The position numbers were made by a program, and so were the translations under genes. From positions 736,001 through 800,000 of the forward strand of contig JBGASG010000001.1 of NCBI GenBank assembly GCA_044229845.1: a DNA stretch of 64,000 nucleotides, given 5' to 3'. Shown one piece after another: positions 26,725-36,332 of the stretch; within the stretch, counting starts at the first letter, position 1; every line of letters starts with the position of its first letter. The notes under the pieces are model-generated. The model was given only the letters and a program-made list of their open reading frames with translations. It was not told the DNA's origin and did not search any database. Source of the stretch: Candidatus Obscuribacteraceae bacterium (GTDB lineage: Bacteria; Cyanobacteriota; Vampirovibrionia; Obscuribacterales; Obscuribacteraceae).

Positions 26725-27846
26725 GTGGACGTTCCGCAGTTTGTAATCACCGATGCGATGCGAGAGTACTCGCTCATCCGCTACGTCTCCTACTTCATTG
26801 TCCCGACTTATTCCATGCTGCTGTTGTTCTTCGGACTGCATTCGGGTCTGTTCGCCCGATTGGCTGCGGCTGCTAAAAGAGTTTCTTCTTATAGCATTGC
26901 TCAGTTCACGGCATTTTTTCTGGGCTTTTACTTGCTCATGACGGCCGCGAAATTTCCCGTCACGTATGTGCTCTCCTTTGTCGTCCCGCATCATTACCGG
27001 CTTTCCGTGCAGCCCTTCGGCGGCTGGTGGGGGGATTACATGAAGGCACAGCTGGTTGCGTTTGCGCTGTCGTGGCTGCTGGTCGGTATCTCTCTCTGGA
27101 CAGTCAGCAGGTTCAAACGCTATTGGTGGCTGATTCTCTGGTCGGCTGCGGTGCCTGTTTTTGTACTGGCGGTATTTTTGATGCCGCTTGTATTTGATCC
27201 GATCTTCAATAAATACACCGTGATGCCCGCCAGCCCGCTCAAGCAGCGCATCGTCGAGATTGCCGCCCGGGCCGGTATTCCAGATGCACCGGTCTATTTA
27301 GTGGACAGAAGTAAGCAGACCAGGTCGTATAACGCCTATGTCACAGGTCTTGGCTCGTCGGCTCGCATAGTGCTCTGGGACAACATTTTGACTTTGCCTG
27401 AAGACCAGTTGCTCGCCATTGTCGGACACGAGGCGGGGCACTACGCGCTCCATCACATCATCATTGGCAGTGGCTGTGCCCTCGCCGGAATGTTTGTAAT
27501 CTTTCTGGTGAGTGGGCGCTTTCTGCCCTGGGTGGTGCCAAAATTACCACCGCGCTGGGGCGTCGAAACGATCACCAGTTTGACGGTGGTGCCGGCTGTC
27601 TATCTGGGCGCGACCATGGTTTTATTCGTCACCGATCCGATCGTCAATTGCATTTCGCGTCTTATGGAACAGCAAGCGGACGCATACTCGCTGCAAATGA
27701 CCGGCGACGGAAAGGCGCTGGCTCGTACGTTCGTAGCGCTTTCTACTAAGAACTTAGCCGATCCCGATCCGCCTTTATTTGTCGAACTCTGGTCGTTTTC
27801 TCATCCTTCTTTGCGCCGGAGATTGAACGAAGCTCTACGTCATTGA
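26725..27846 (+). CDS. M48/Ste24-family membrane metallopeptidase
   Basis: NAYVTGLG, HEAGH, EQQAD and SHP motifs; multiple TM helices. Confidence 0.92.
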   Translation: MDVPQFVITDAMREYSLIRYVSYFIVPTYSMLLLFFGLHSGLFARLAAAAKRVSSYSIAQFTAFFLGFYLLMTAAKFPVTYVLSFVVPHHYRLSVQPFGGWWGDYMKAQLVAFALSWLLVGISLWTVSRFKRYWWLILWSAAVPVFVLAVFLMPLVFDPIFNKYTVMPASPLKQRIVEIAARAGIPDAPVYLVDRSKQTRSYNAYVTGLGSSARIVLWDNILTLPEDQLLAIVGHEAGHYALHHIIIGSGCALAGMFVIFLVSGRFLPWVVPKLPPRWGVETITSLTVVPAVYLGATMVLFVTDPIVNCISRLMEQQADAYSLQMTGDGKALARTFVALSTKNLADPDPPLFVELWSFSHPSLRRRLNEALRH

Positions 27847-28474
27847 GCTTGCGCAGATCTTCCACGAACCGCTCGAATTCCCGATGTCGTGTTTCGTCGT
27901 CACGAGCCCGCAAGATTGACGACGGATGAACGGTCGCCATTATCCGCGGTGCATATGTCGAAGAGAAGAACTCACCCCTGTGTTGTGTGACTTTGAAGTT
28001 TTTGCCCAGGAGAGCCTGGGCGGCGGTAGCTCCCAGGCAGACGACCAGATAGGGTTTGATCTGTTCCAACTCGGCTAGGAGCCACGGCATGCAGGCCTGC
28101 ACTTCTATCTGGCGCGGTTTGTCGTGAATGCGCCGCTTGCCTTTCAATTGATATTTAAAGTGTTTCACCGCGTTTGTGACATATGTTTCTTCTCGCGAAA
28201 TCCCGGCGGCCATCAGTGCCTTGTCGAATAGTTTGCCGGCGGGACCGACGAACGGCTGTCCCGCTTTGTCTTCTGCATCACCGGGTTGTTCGCCGACAAA
28301 GACGATGCGCGCATTCGGAGCACCAGCCCCAAACACAGTCTGGGTGGCATTTTTATACAGATCGCAGCCCCTGCAATCAGCGGCGGCCGCGGCCAGTTTC
28401 TTCAAAGATCTTGGTTTTTCCGGGAGAAAGTCTGCAGCTGAGCAGTGACGTTCTGGTGGCTTGCTTGGTGGCAT
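27746..28474 (-). CDS. udgX: UdgX-type family-4 uracil-DNA binding protein
   Basis: CRGCDL Fe-S cysteines, GEQPGDAED, TNAVKHFK, KRRIH and HPSSILR motifs. Confidence 0.85.
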   Translation of the reverse strand: MPPSKPPERHCSAADFLPEKPRSLKKLAAAAADCRGCDLYKNATQTVFGAGAPNARIVFVGEQPGDAEDKAGQPFVGPAGKLFDKALMAAGISREETYVTNAVKHFKYQLKGKRRIHDKPRQIEVQACMPWLLAELEQIKPYLVVCLGATAAQALLGKNFKVTQHRGEFFSSTYAPRIMATVHPSSILRARDDETRHREFERFVEDLRKLNDVELRSISGAKKDEKTTRVRQIKADRDRLSS

Positions 28475-28623
28475 TTTCGTTACACCTGAATCGGTGGGAT
28501 TCTACTTCTGATGCACGTTGGCGGCCGTGCGTTCCCATTTACTTGTTGGAATATCGGGAGTTATGCCTTTGGTATGACGTTGGATTAGGCCCATATGGCC
28601 GAAAGAAACTGGAGTCAAAATTG

Positions 28624-29055
28624 ATGCATCTGCAACGTAAAGCAAACAATCTAATGATGTTGGTGGCAGCCAATCCCGATACGCCGCCCTCAGTCATTGA
28701 GCAGCTTGCCAGAGAGGACGATCCGGAGCTGCTCGAACATCTTGCCGAGAACCCCAATTCTCCAATTAGCGTTTTGAATCAACTTTCAGGGCACCGGTCC
28801 AGCAACATTCGCCAGGGTGTGGCGACCAATCGCAATACACCCCTGGAGATATTGCAGCTCTTGACGCTCGATGCCGACCCGGACGTGCGGTACACCGTAG
28901 CTTCCAATCCGCACGTGCCGCCGCCGATTCTGGAGTCCCTGCTCCAGGATGAAAACCCATACGTAGCCGGACGAGCGGGATTGACGCTGTCCCGCTTGCA
29001 GGCTGCGTTTGAGCAAGTCAGGTCACTGACTTTCAAGGTGGCATCTGCCAGCTAA
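28624..29055 (+). CDS. Leucine-rich-variant (LRV)/HEAT-like repeat protein
   Basis: Repeats of the form A.NP.TP..(V/I)L..L..D....VR. Confidence 0.8.
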   Translation: MHLQRKANNLMMLVAANPDTPPSVIEQLAREDDPELLEHLAENPNSPISVLNQLSGHRSSNIRQGVATNRNTPLEILQLLTLDADPDVRYTVASNPHVPPPILESLLQDENPYVAGRAGLTLSRLQAAFEQVRSLTFKVASAS

Positions 29056-29118
29056 ATTCATTGCAGGTATTTGTAGGATTTCCGGGCGGTTATACTAATC
29101 GCCCCGGAGGTTTCTGCG

Positions 29119-29973
29119 ATGTCAACGGATCTGAAAAAGCTCACCCAGCTCTATGATGCCGAACGTGTCGAACGCGGTTCGGAAAAAGCCTATCGCCGCC
29201 ACTTGTACGATGTGGCCGATCAGGGTTATCAAAAGTCCATAAAACTCTATCAATCCGTCCTGGGAACGGAAGATGGAAAGCTGGTGAATGCCATGCGCGG
29301 GCTCGGTGCCTGCCAGATTGCCCGGGGGCGCGTGCAAGACGGCGAAACCACGCTGGAGCTCGCACTCGGAATTGCTGAGAAAGCCTATTACGGCGAGCAC
29401 TTCGAAGTAGGGCTGGTGCAGCACGACCTCGGTGTTTGTTATGCACTGCAGAACAAATGGGCAGAGGCTGAAGAGTGTTTTACCAAGGCGTCGGCGATTC
29501 TCGGCAAATGCCTGCAGAAGGACCACCGCCTGGTGCTGGCAACCACCCGCAAGCTGGTGGCTGTTCAGGGCATGCAAAAGAAATATGCCGACGCAGAAAA
29601 ACAGCTGGTGGCGGCATTGAAGGTTGCCGACACGGCGCTGGGACCGGCAGAGGATTTGATTCTCGACCTGGCTCTGGTGTACCAGGCGGAAGGCAAAGCT
29701 GCCGAAGCCGCGGGCTCTTATCAGGAAGCAATCGATCGTTACGAACAGCGCTCCAAGTACCCCGGACTGATCGAGGCGATGAAGTATTACGCGGAGTTTC
29801 TCAAAGCAGACAAAAAAGAAGAGTCGGAGCGCCTCTTGCGCCGCGCCGACCTGCTGGAAAATTCGTTGCCGCGCACGGAAAAGCCTCACGCACGCGATCC
29901 CGAGTCGCACTGGAAGTATCTGCTGAGTTCTGAGGCAGATATGGTGTTTCCGTCCACCCAAGTACGCTCCTAG
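29119..29973 (+). CDS. Tetratricopeptide repeat protein
   Basis: Repeated LG..Y..Q.K..EAE helical pairs; GGAGG SD. Confidence 0.85.
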   Translation: MSTDLKKLTQLYDAERVERGSEKAYRRHLYDVADQGYQKSIKLYQSVLGTEDGKLVNAMRGLGACQIARGRVQDGETTLELALGIAEKAYYGEHFEVGLVQHDLGVCYALQNKWAEAEECFTKASAILGKCLQKDHRLVLATTRKLVAVQGMQKKYADAEKQLVAALKVADTALGPAEDLILDLALVYQAEGKAAEAAGSYQEAIDRYEQRSKYPGLIEAMKYYAEFLKADKKEESERLLRRADLLENSLPRTEKPHARDPESHWKYLLSSEADMVFPSTQVRS

Positions 29974-30013
29974 ACTACACTGCAAGCCAACTCTGGCAGG
30001 CGAGCCTGCACGC

Positions 30014-30049
30014 AGAAAAAGGGCGACGCTGTAATACGCCGCCCTTCTC
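30014..30049. terminator. Terminator between convergent genes
   Basis: AAGGGCGACG...CGCCGCCCTT stem with a flanking A-run. Confidence 0.6.
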
Positions 30050-30077
30050 AATACGCTTAGAGCTCGAGTTGGTCTTC

Positions 30078-30608
30078 CTATCTGGTGCCCAGAAGTTCGA
30101 CGTCGAAGACGAGCGTGGCATTCGGCGGAATTACGCCGCCGGCGCCGCGGGGACCGTAAGCCAGATCGGGCGGGATGACCAGGCGACGCTTGCCGCCGAT
30201 TTTCATCGACATGACGCCTTCGTCCCAACCCTGAATTACCTGGCCTGCGCCGATGGTGAACTCGAAGGGTTGACCGCGATCGACGGAGCTATCAAATTTG
30301 GTGCCATCGGTAAGCCAGCCTGTGTAGTGAACTGTCACTTTCTGACCTTTTTGAGGGGAAGCGCCTGTTCCGGGCTGCAATTCTTTCATCTGCAATCCCG
30401 ATGGCGTGGATGTCATACCGGAAGTGTCAATTTGCGTTTGCATATTGGATTTTTCCTGAGCAGTTTGCTGATTGGTGGTCGTCGAAGTGGTCGTTCCCGT
30501 TTGGTTGCCGCAGCCGGACAGAAGTGCTACTGAAAGAAATACTGTGACTGCTGGAAGAAACTTCAACCTGGGGCTACCTTTATACATACGACCTTTGATT
30601 CGATTCAC
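30078..30608 (-). CDS. FKBP-type peptidyl-prolyl isomerase, probable lipoprotein
   Basis: LSGC lipobox; [19 protein letters not shown] and [14 protein letters not shown] motifs. Confidence 0.95.
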   Translation of the reverse strand: MNRIKGRMYKGSPRLKFLPAVTVFLSVALLSGCGNQTGTTTSTTTNQQTAQEKSNMQTQIDTSGMTSTPSGLQMKELQPGTGASPQKGQKVTVHYTGWLTDGTKFDSSVDRGQPFEFTIGAGQVIQGWDEGVMSMKIGGKRRLVIPPDLAYGPRGAGGVIPPNATLVFDVELLGTR

Positions 30609-30660
30609 TAGGACGCCATAGTCTATCTCATTTCAACGCCCGAACTTTATAATTGGTCGA

Positions 30661-31467
30661 GTGCGCCGTTTTTATGCTGCTTGGCATGTCATGTTGTCGC
30701 TGGGCTGGTGCCTGTTCTGGGCACTGCCTGTGCAGTCTTATGATCGCGCACCTCTTGATTTGCCGCCATTGATGCTGTGGGCATGGGAACGTCCCGAAGA
30801 CCTGTCCTACATAAATCCGCGACATGTGGGTGTCGCCTACCTGGCTCAGACGATCACTCTCTCCGGCAACGACAGCCTCATTCGTCGTCGCACGCAGCCG
30901 CTTCAACTGCCGAGTGGTACTAAAGTTGAAGCAGTTACGCGTATCGAGATTGATCCGCGCAAACAACCTGTCTACACGGAGCAACAGCGTCAGGCAATCG
31001 TTGACAGCATCGTCAAGCTGACCCGCATGCACAAGGTAAATGCTGTGCAGATCGATTTTGATGCGCGAGAAAACGAGCGTCAGTTCTACACCGATATTCT
31101 CAAACAATTGCGGCCGCAGTTGCCTGATCGAGTTGGACTGTCGATTACGGCGTTGGTTTCGTGGTGCCTGTACGACCAGTGGCTCGCCTCACTGCCTGTA
31201 GATGAAGCAGTGCCCATGATGTTTCGCATGGGCAGGGATCACGGCAAGGTGCTGGTGCACTTCCGCAGTCAGCGCGGTTACGCTCACTCGATCTGCAATC
31301 AGTCACTTGGAATTTCGCTGGATGAACCGCAGGTGAATGCAGTCATGAAGCAAATGGTGGCGCGCCAGCCGGCGCCGCCCCGCGTGTATGTATTCAGTCC
31401 CACCCGCTGGACAAAAGAAGCGGCGGCGCGAGCGGTACAATTTGAGGACACAAAACCAGGGGGTTGA
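30661..31467 (+). CDS. DUF3142-like exported protein (GH18-like barrel)
   Basis: LWAWERPEDL, VQIDFDA, LSITALVSWC and DEAVPMMFRM motifs. Confidence 0.7.
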   Translation: MRRFYAAWHVMLSLGWCLFWALPVQSYDRAPLDLPPLMLWAWERPEDLSYINPRHVGVAYLAQTITLSGNDSLIRRRTQPLQLPSGTKVEAVTRIEIDPRKQPVYTEQQRQAIVDSIVKLTRMHKVNAVQIDFDARENERQFYTDILKQLRPQLPDRVGLSITALVSWCLYDQWLASLPVDEAVPMMFRMGRDHGKVLVHFRSQRGYAHSICNQSLGISLDEPQVNAVMKQMVARQPAPPRVYVFSPTRWTKEAAARAVQFEDTKPGG

Positions 31468-31468
31468 C

Positions 31469-33724
31469 ATGCGTTGTATGCGTGCCTTGTTGTCGACATT
31501 GCTTATTTGCTTGTTGACGTTTAACTGTTGTCTGCCCGCCGGTGCTTGCTCGTTCTACACGACGGTTTATTTCACCTATTCCACTCACCCGGATATTCCG
31601 ATGGCGCCTTACGCTCGCGGTCGGCTGGGTGTGGTGCTCAAAACTTATGCCCGCTCTTATCTGGTGGTGGCATGGCGATATTTTCAGAACCAGCCACTTA
31701 CCGATGCCGAGCAAAGAGCCGCGCTCAAAATGTGGAACGATCGCATGGGCTTCGCTTCCAGCAGTTGCGAAGATGCCAGCCAAGACTGGCTAAAAGCTCG
31801 GGCTACAGTCACCGGCTTGCCGAAGACCGCTCAAATCAACATCGAGCGGCCGGTGGTGGCAGGCAGTTACAACACGTATTGCAATTGCATGCCTGATAGT
31901 TTTCGTCAGGCATCGGCTACCTTGAAAGAGCGTGTCACCAAATATGGTGCGGCTAGCAACGATGTCAAAGAATGGGTGAAGGCTCAAGATCAAGTATTTG
32001 CCAACTGCGGTTACGGCTGGGGCGACAAACCTGTGCCTCCGCCGGCCATTCCTGCGACTCTGCCGGCATCCGCCGATAAGCTGGCTCAAGCGGATCGTGC
32101 CTATCAGATCGCCGCCGCTCATTTCTACGTTAAAGACTTCGATACTGCTCACAAGGAATTTCTGGCGATAGCAGCTGACAGCACTTCGCCATGGCAGGCC
32201 GTGTCGCGATATCTGGCGGCGCGAGCCCTGGTGCGCAAGGGCATGCTCAGCAAGGAAGAAGGTTTTGATGCCGGACCTCTGGAGCAGGCGGCAACGGAAC
32301 TGTCCGCCATGCTCAAAGATCCGTCGATGCAAAAATTGCAGGACGACATAACCAGTCTGCTGCGCTACTGCCAGGTTCGTGTCGACCCGGGGGCGGTGGT
32401 CACTGCTTTGTCTGCCGATGTGCGCAAGCAGATTACCGAATCAGATTTGAACGAATATACGCGCACGCTGGATGTCTTGACGGGCAACAGCGATACGGGT
32501 GGACTTACCGGTGACTATAACGCTCAGCCGGCGACTTTGAAAGCTGATGAGATGACCGACTGGATTGTCACTGTGCAATCCACCGGTCCGGAATCGGCTG
32601 CGCATGCTTTCAGTGAATGGAAGTCAAAAAAGTCGTTGCCATGGCTGGTTGCCGCTATCGGGAAAGTCGATGCGAAGTCGTCCGCTGCCGATGCGGCTGA
32701 GGTAGTGGCAGCGGCAACTGCACTGGACGCGAAGAGCCCCGGCTATTTCACGGCGCAATACTATCTTGTCGATTTGGAAACAAGTAAGCGAGACACCGAG
32801 AGTGCACGCAAACGTTTGAACGTGTTATTGGACACGCCACAGCCTGAGTTGCCGCCATCCTCTCGCAATCTTTTCCGGTCGCAGCGCATGCAAATCGCGC
32901 GCAACCTGAACGAGTTCATGCGGGACGCCTTTCCGAAGCCGGTTTGTCTTTGCGGAAGTGGATTTGTAGACGAGGTGCCCGAAGATGTTGAAAAGCTAGA
33001 GGCGTCAGGTAAATATCCGGATATCGGACCTCACATTCCTCTCGATACCGAGAAGGTAATCGACGGGCAGTTTCCGCTCAGCGTCTGGCTGCAAGCTGCT
33101 CAATCACCTTATACGGTGGCGCCCATCAAGAAACATTTCTTGTGGAGCGGACTGACCCGAGCCATCTTGTTGAAAAACGACGTGGCGGCGAAAAAGTTTG
33201 CCGAACTGGTCAAGCCCCTTGACGCCAAGAATGCTGTCATTCTGGGATCGTACATGGCAGAGACCGATCCAAAGACGCGCGAGTTTATCGGGGCGCTGAT
33301 TCTTTTGAGAAACAATCGATCTGTGCCGCAAATCAGCTATGGCGATTATGACGAAGGCGAACTCTGGTGGTGGGGCGACCAGCCCGGAAAATTGCCGGAA
33401 GATCAAAGCTACACCGATCTGAATCGTCCAAAACCAGTGGCCGGCTTTCTGACACCAGAGGAAGTGTCGCGCGCTGCCGCGGAAGTCAAAGCACTGAATG
33501 CGGTGCCGACTGCACCAAACTACCTCTCCAACATAGCCATTGCCTGGGCAAAGTCGCATCCTGCCGATCCGCGTGTCCCGGAAGCATTGCATCTAGCAGT
33601 GCGCTGCACGCATTACGGGCAGACTACCGACGCCACCAGCAAGCTGTCGAAAGAAGCTTTCCAGATTTTGCACACGCGATTTAAGGGCAATACGTGGACA
33701 AAACAAACGCCTTACTTCTACTAG
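31469..33724 (+). CDS. Large exported helical protein, partner of the DUF3142 gene
   Basis: Signal peptide; starts 1 bp after the upstream stop; ends PEALHLAVR...AFQILH.....WT..TPYFY. Confidence 0.75.
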   Translation: MRCMRALLSTLLICLLTFNCCLPAGACSFYTTVYFTYSTHPDIPMAPYARGRLGVVLKTYARSYLVVAWRYFQNQPLTDAEQRAALKMWNDRMGFASSSCEDASQDWLKARATVTGLPKTAQINIERPVVAGSYNTYCNCMPDSFRQASATLKERVTKYGAASNDVKEWVKAQDQVFANCGYGWGDKPVPPPAIPATLPASADKLAQADRAYQIAAAHFYVKDFDTAHKEFLAIAADSTSPWQAVSRYLAARALVRKGMLSKEEGFDAGPLEQAATELSAMLKDPSMQKLQDDITSLLRYCQVRVDPGAVVTALSADVRKQITESDLNEYTRTLDVLTGNSDTGGLTGDYNAQPATLKADEMTDWIVTVQSTGPESAAHAFSEWKSKKSLPWLVAAIGKVDAKSSAADAAEVVAAATALDAKSPGYFTAQYYLVDLETSKRDTESARKRLNVLLDTPQPELPPSSRNLFRSQRMQIARNLNEFMRDAFPKPVCLCGSGFVDEVPEDVEKLEASGKYPDIGPHIPLDTEKVIDGQFPLSVWLQAAQSPYTVAPIKKHFLWSGLTRAILLKNDVAAKKFAELVKPLDAKNAVILGSYMAETDPKTREFIGALILLRNNRSVPQISYGDYDEGELWWWGDQPGKLPEDQSYTDLNRPKPVAGFLTPEEVSRAAAEVKALNAVPTAPNYLSNIAIAWAKSHPADPRVPEALHLAVRCTHYGQTTDATSKLSKEAFQILHTRFKGNTWTKQTPYFY

Positions 33725-33739
33725 GCAGTGCTTTGCCGC

Positions 33740-34255
33740 TTACCTGAGCCAGTGCCTCTGCGCGGCAATTTTGTCGAACCAAAATCGCGGAATGCGGTGC
33801 ATCGGCGGAGCGGAATGGTCGGGGAGATCGGCGCCGGCACCATAAGCAGCGATGATGCTGTGAGTCTGATGCAGACAATTGTTGCCCAAAACTGCCCAGC
33901 CGCAGGTCCCGGTCTGCTTGGCCGCCGCCTGCGCCGATAGCGGCTCAGCTTCAGCTGTGTCAATTACTTTGAATGCTTCGTATTGCACGTGGTGCCCGTG
34001 CTGCATGTCGTGCAGCATTTCGCCGAGCGTTCCTTCTCGCGCCCACCAATCAGTCGGCGACTGCGGCGGCACACGCATGTACTTATAGAGTGAAACTAAG
34101 TCCCAGTACGGAGTGCGAAGCAGATGATCAGTAGATCCGAAAAAGTATCTGTCTGATTCATCCAGCATGAAGCCCCAACCTAAATGCCCGCAGTGCGCTG
34201 CTTGCCAGTAGTTGATGAATACGAAGGCTTTTCCGTTCACGATGCCGGGTCGCAA
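33740..34255 (-). CDS. Hypothetical protein, candidate permuted papain-like (NlpC/P60) fold
   Basis: N-terminal GHLGW and C-terminal GNNC. Confidence 0.55.
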   Translation of the reverse strand: MRPGIVNGKAFVFINYWQAAHCGHLGWGFMLDESDRYFFGSTDHLLRTPYWDLVSLYKYMRVPPQSPTDWWAREGTLGEMLHDMQHGHHVQYEAFKVIDTAEAEPLSAQAAAKQTGTCGWAVLGNNCLHQTHSIIAAYGAGADLPDHSAPPMHRIPRFWFDKIAAQRHWLR

Positions 34256-34392
34256 GAGGTGTGCTGATTGGTGCGATCATGTCGATTATGCCACGAATAC
34301 CTGACTCAGCCATTTTTACTGGGAACCGACATGTCGTTACTGCGTCACGTTCTAGCGTGCGGCGACTATTAACGCTTTAAGGAAGTGTACTT

Positions 34393-35664
34393 ATGAAGAT
34401 AACTACGACGATGCGCATCGTCGCAGCGAGTGTCGCGCTCGTTGCCACGATCGCACCGCTTGCGAATGTTGAAGCCCGCGGTGGCGGCGGTGTGGGCGTG
34501 GGCTGCGCGCCCGGTGGCGGCGGCGGCGGTGGCGGTGGTAACGGCGGGGGCGGCGGCGGTGGTAACGGCGGCGGTGGTAACGGCGGGGGCGGCGGCGGTG
34601 GTAACGGCGGCGGCGGTGGTATGGGCGGCGGCGGTGGTATGGGCGGCGGCGGTGGTAACGGCGGTGGCAATGGTGGCGGCCACGACGGCGGCGGTCATGA
34701 TGGCGGCGGCAATGGCAATGGCGGCGGCGGCAATGGCAACGGCGGTGGCAATGGCGGCGGCGGACACCACGGCGGCTGGGGTGGCGGCGGCGGACATCAT
34801 GGCGGTGGGGACCCAGGTGGCAATCACCAACCACCACCCGGCATGCCTGGACCACCGGGACCTCCTGGACCGCCCGGACCTCCTGGACCTCCTGGACCTC
34901 CTGGCAGTGGCAATACGAGCACGAACATAAACACGAATACGAACGTAAATTCGAACAATTTGTCGAATGTCATCACCAATGTGAACAATGTGATGAACAC
35001 CAACAACGTATTGAACACTAACACGAACAACAACTCCAGTAGCTCGTCGGCTTCTGCCACCGCTAATTCAGGTGGTAGCTCAGCGAACGCTAGTTCAGGC
35101 TCTGGAAGCACCAGTGGCGTCAACGCTAACAATGGCGTGACTAACAGTGCTAACAATATCGTGAACGGTCCCAGTGTCGGAGGCAGCAACGGCTTCAATA
35201 ACGGCACCAACAACGGCAACAATTTTGGCGTCGGTGGTGCTGCGGCCGCAACGAACTCGTCTGGGACGAGCACGACACCACCCTTTGGCTTCAGCGTCAA
35301 TGGAATGGGTTGGGCTCAAGGTGGATACTGGGGTGGAGCATCCAACACGTCGACTCAAGCGGCCGTGGTTCCGCCATCGCGTACGGTGGCAGATGGTCCA
35401 ATGGAGATCGTGCGACTGTCTGGTCCGCTTACGCCGACGGTCATGGGTGTCCGAGAAGTGATCACCAATGGTCATGTCTCGCGGGTGTCCGGTGTTCTGG
35501 TGCAAGAGTACCTGCCCACCAGACAGGTGGCTGCGGCACAGACCAACTCGTTCGCTCGGGTCTATGCACATCAGCGGGTGCCGCATAGAACCAGAACGTT
35601 TGCTCGCGTGGTGCCCAAGCAGACGAAATCGTTTGCCCGGGTAGTGCCTAGCTGGCTGAAGTAA
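34393..35664 (+). CDS. Exported low-complexity protein (poly-Gly, GPP and Asn-rich blocks)
   Basis: Signal peptide ending VEA; AAGGA SD; blocks visible in the translation. Confidence 0.8.
   Translation: MKITTTMRIVAASVALVATIAPLANVEARGGGGVGVGCAPGGGGGGGGGNGGGGGGGNGGGGNGGGGGGGNGGGGGMGGGGGMGGGGGNGGGNGGGHDGGGHDGGGNGNGGGGNGNGGGNGGGGHHGGWGGGGGHHGGGDPGGNHQPPPGMPGPPGPPGPPGPPGPPGPPGSGNTSTNINTNTNVNSNNLSNVITNVNNVMNTNNVLNTNTNNNSSSSSASATANSGGSSANASSGSGSTSGVNANNGVTNSANNIVNGPSVGGSNGFNNGTNNGNNFGVGGAAAATNSSGTSTTPPFGFSVNGMGWAQGGYWGGASNTSTQAAVVPPSRTVADGPMEIVRLSGPLTPTVMGVREVITNGHVSRVSGVLVQEYLPTRQVAAAQTNSFARVYAHQRVPHRTRTFARVVPKQTKSFARVVPSWLK
34480..34905 (+). repeat. Coding low-complexity repeats (GGC/GGT runs, then a GGACCTCCT-type 9-mer)
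   Basis: Directly visible in the sequence. Confidence 0.9.
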
Positions 35665-35722
35665 GGTCCCGGAAGTGGTGGATTGCTATCGCATTCCACC
35701 ACTTCCTACTGGAGTCAAATTG

Positions 35723-36208
35723 ATGAAAACTCTATACATGGCCTTGCTGACTGTAGCTATGGCAGCAGGCACTACCATCGATGCATCTGCGACACCGGCC
35801 AAGGGTGCACGTACCGTGGTACGCACTCACTCCATGGTTCTCACACCCGTGACTGTGCCGACAGGTGTGATCCCGGGAACGTTGGGTGGGACGCTCTTTG
35901 GCTATCCGCACCAGACCACAATCAGCGGTGCTCTTGAACGACAAATAGACAATGGACAGGTGGATAAGTTGCGCCTCTACCAGGGACGGTTGTTCTACGG
36001 AAATTCCGAATTGAACGGCAGTCTGCCTTTGCTGGATCAAATCAGCTGGATGCGCTGGCAAGACATGGACTATAAACCGCAAGTAGTTGGTCCAATGTCG
36101 GTCATGAGCACCAGACAGGGCACGAAAATTAGAACACTGACTCGGCAGACCAAGTTCTCCGGCGGTGTGCCTGTTAAAGTCATCGGGGCTAGCGTTTCCG
36201 AATACTGA
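35723..36208 (+). CDS. Exported hypothetical protein
   Basis: MKTLYMALL...ASA signal peptide; GGAG SD. Confidence 0.7.
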   Translation: MKTLYMALLTVAMAAGTTIDASATPAKGARTVVRTHSMVLTPVTVPTGVIPGTLGGTLFGYPHQTTISGALERQIDNGQVDKLRLYQGRLFYGNSELNGSLPLLDQISWMRWQDMDYKPQVVGPMSVMSTRQGTKIRTLTRQTKFSGGVPVKVIGASVSEY

Positions 36209-36332
36209 AGGGCAAGTGGTGCGCAGATGACACCATCAGTAGTGTCATCCGCGTCCATCTGCACGACGATCAGAGCTTAGCCAACTAATTTCCATCTTTG
36301 CTAGGATAGAATTAGTCAGATAAGGTGCCTCT

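Noticed and set aside
28183..28623. Long N-terminal extension of the LRV ORF
   Set aside because: It overlaps udgX antisense and is not protein-like; the repeats begin after ATG 28624.
29122..30228. 368-aa minus-strand ORF
   Set aside because: Antisense shadow of the TPR gene; Arg-rich with no motifs.
34369..34930. Poly-Pro, poly-Ala and Arg/His ORFs; possible CRISPR-like array
   Set aside because: These are alternate frames of the Gly-codon repeat, with no repeat-spacer structure.
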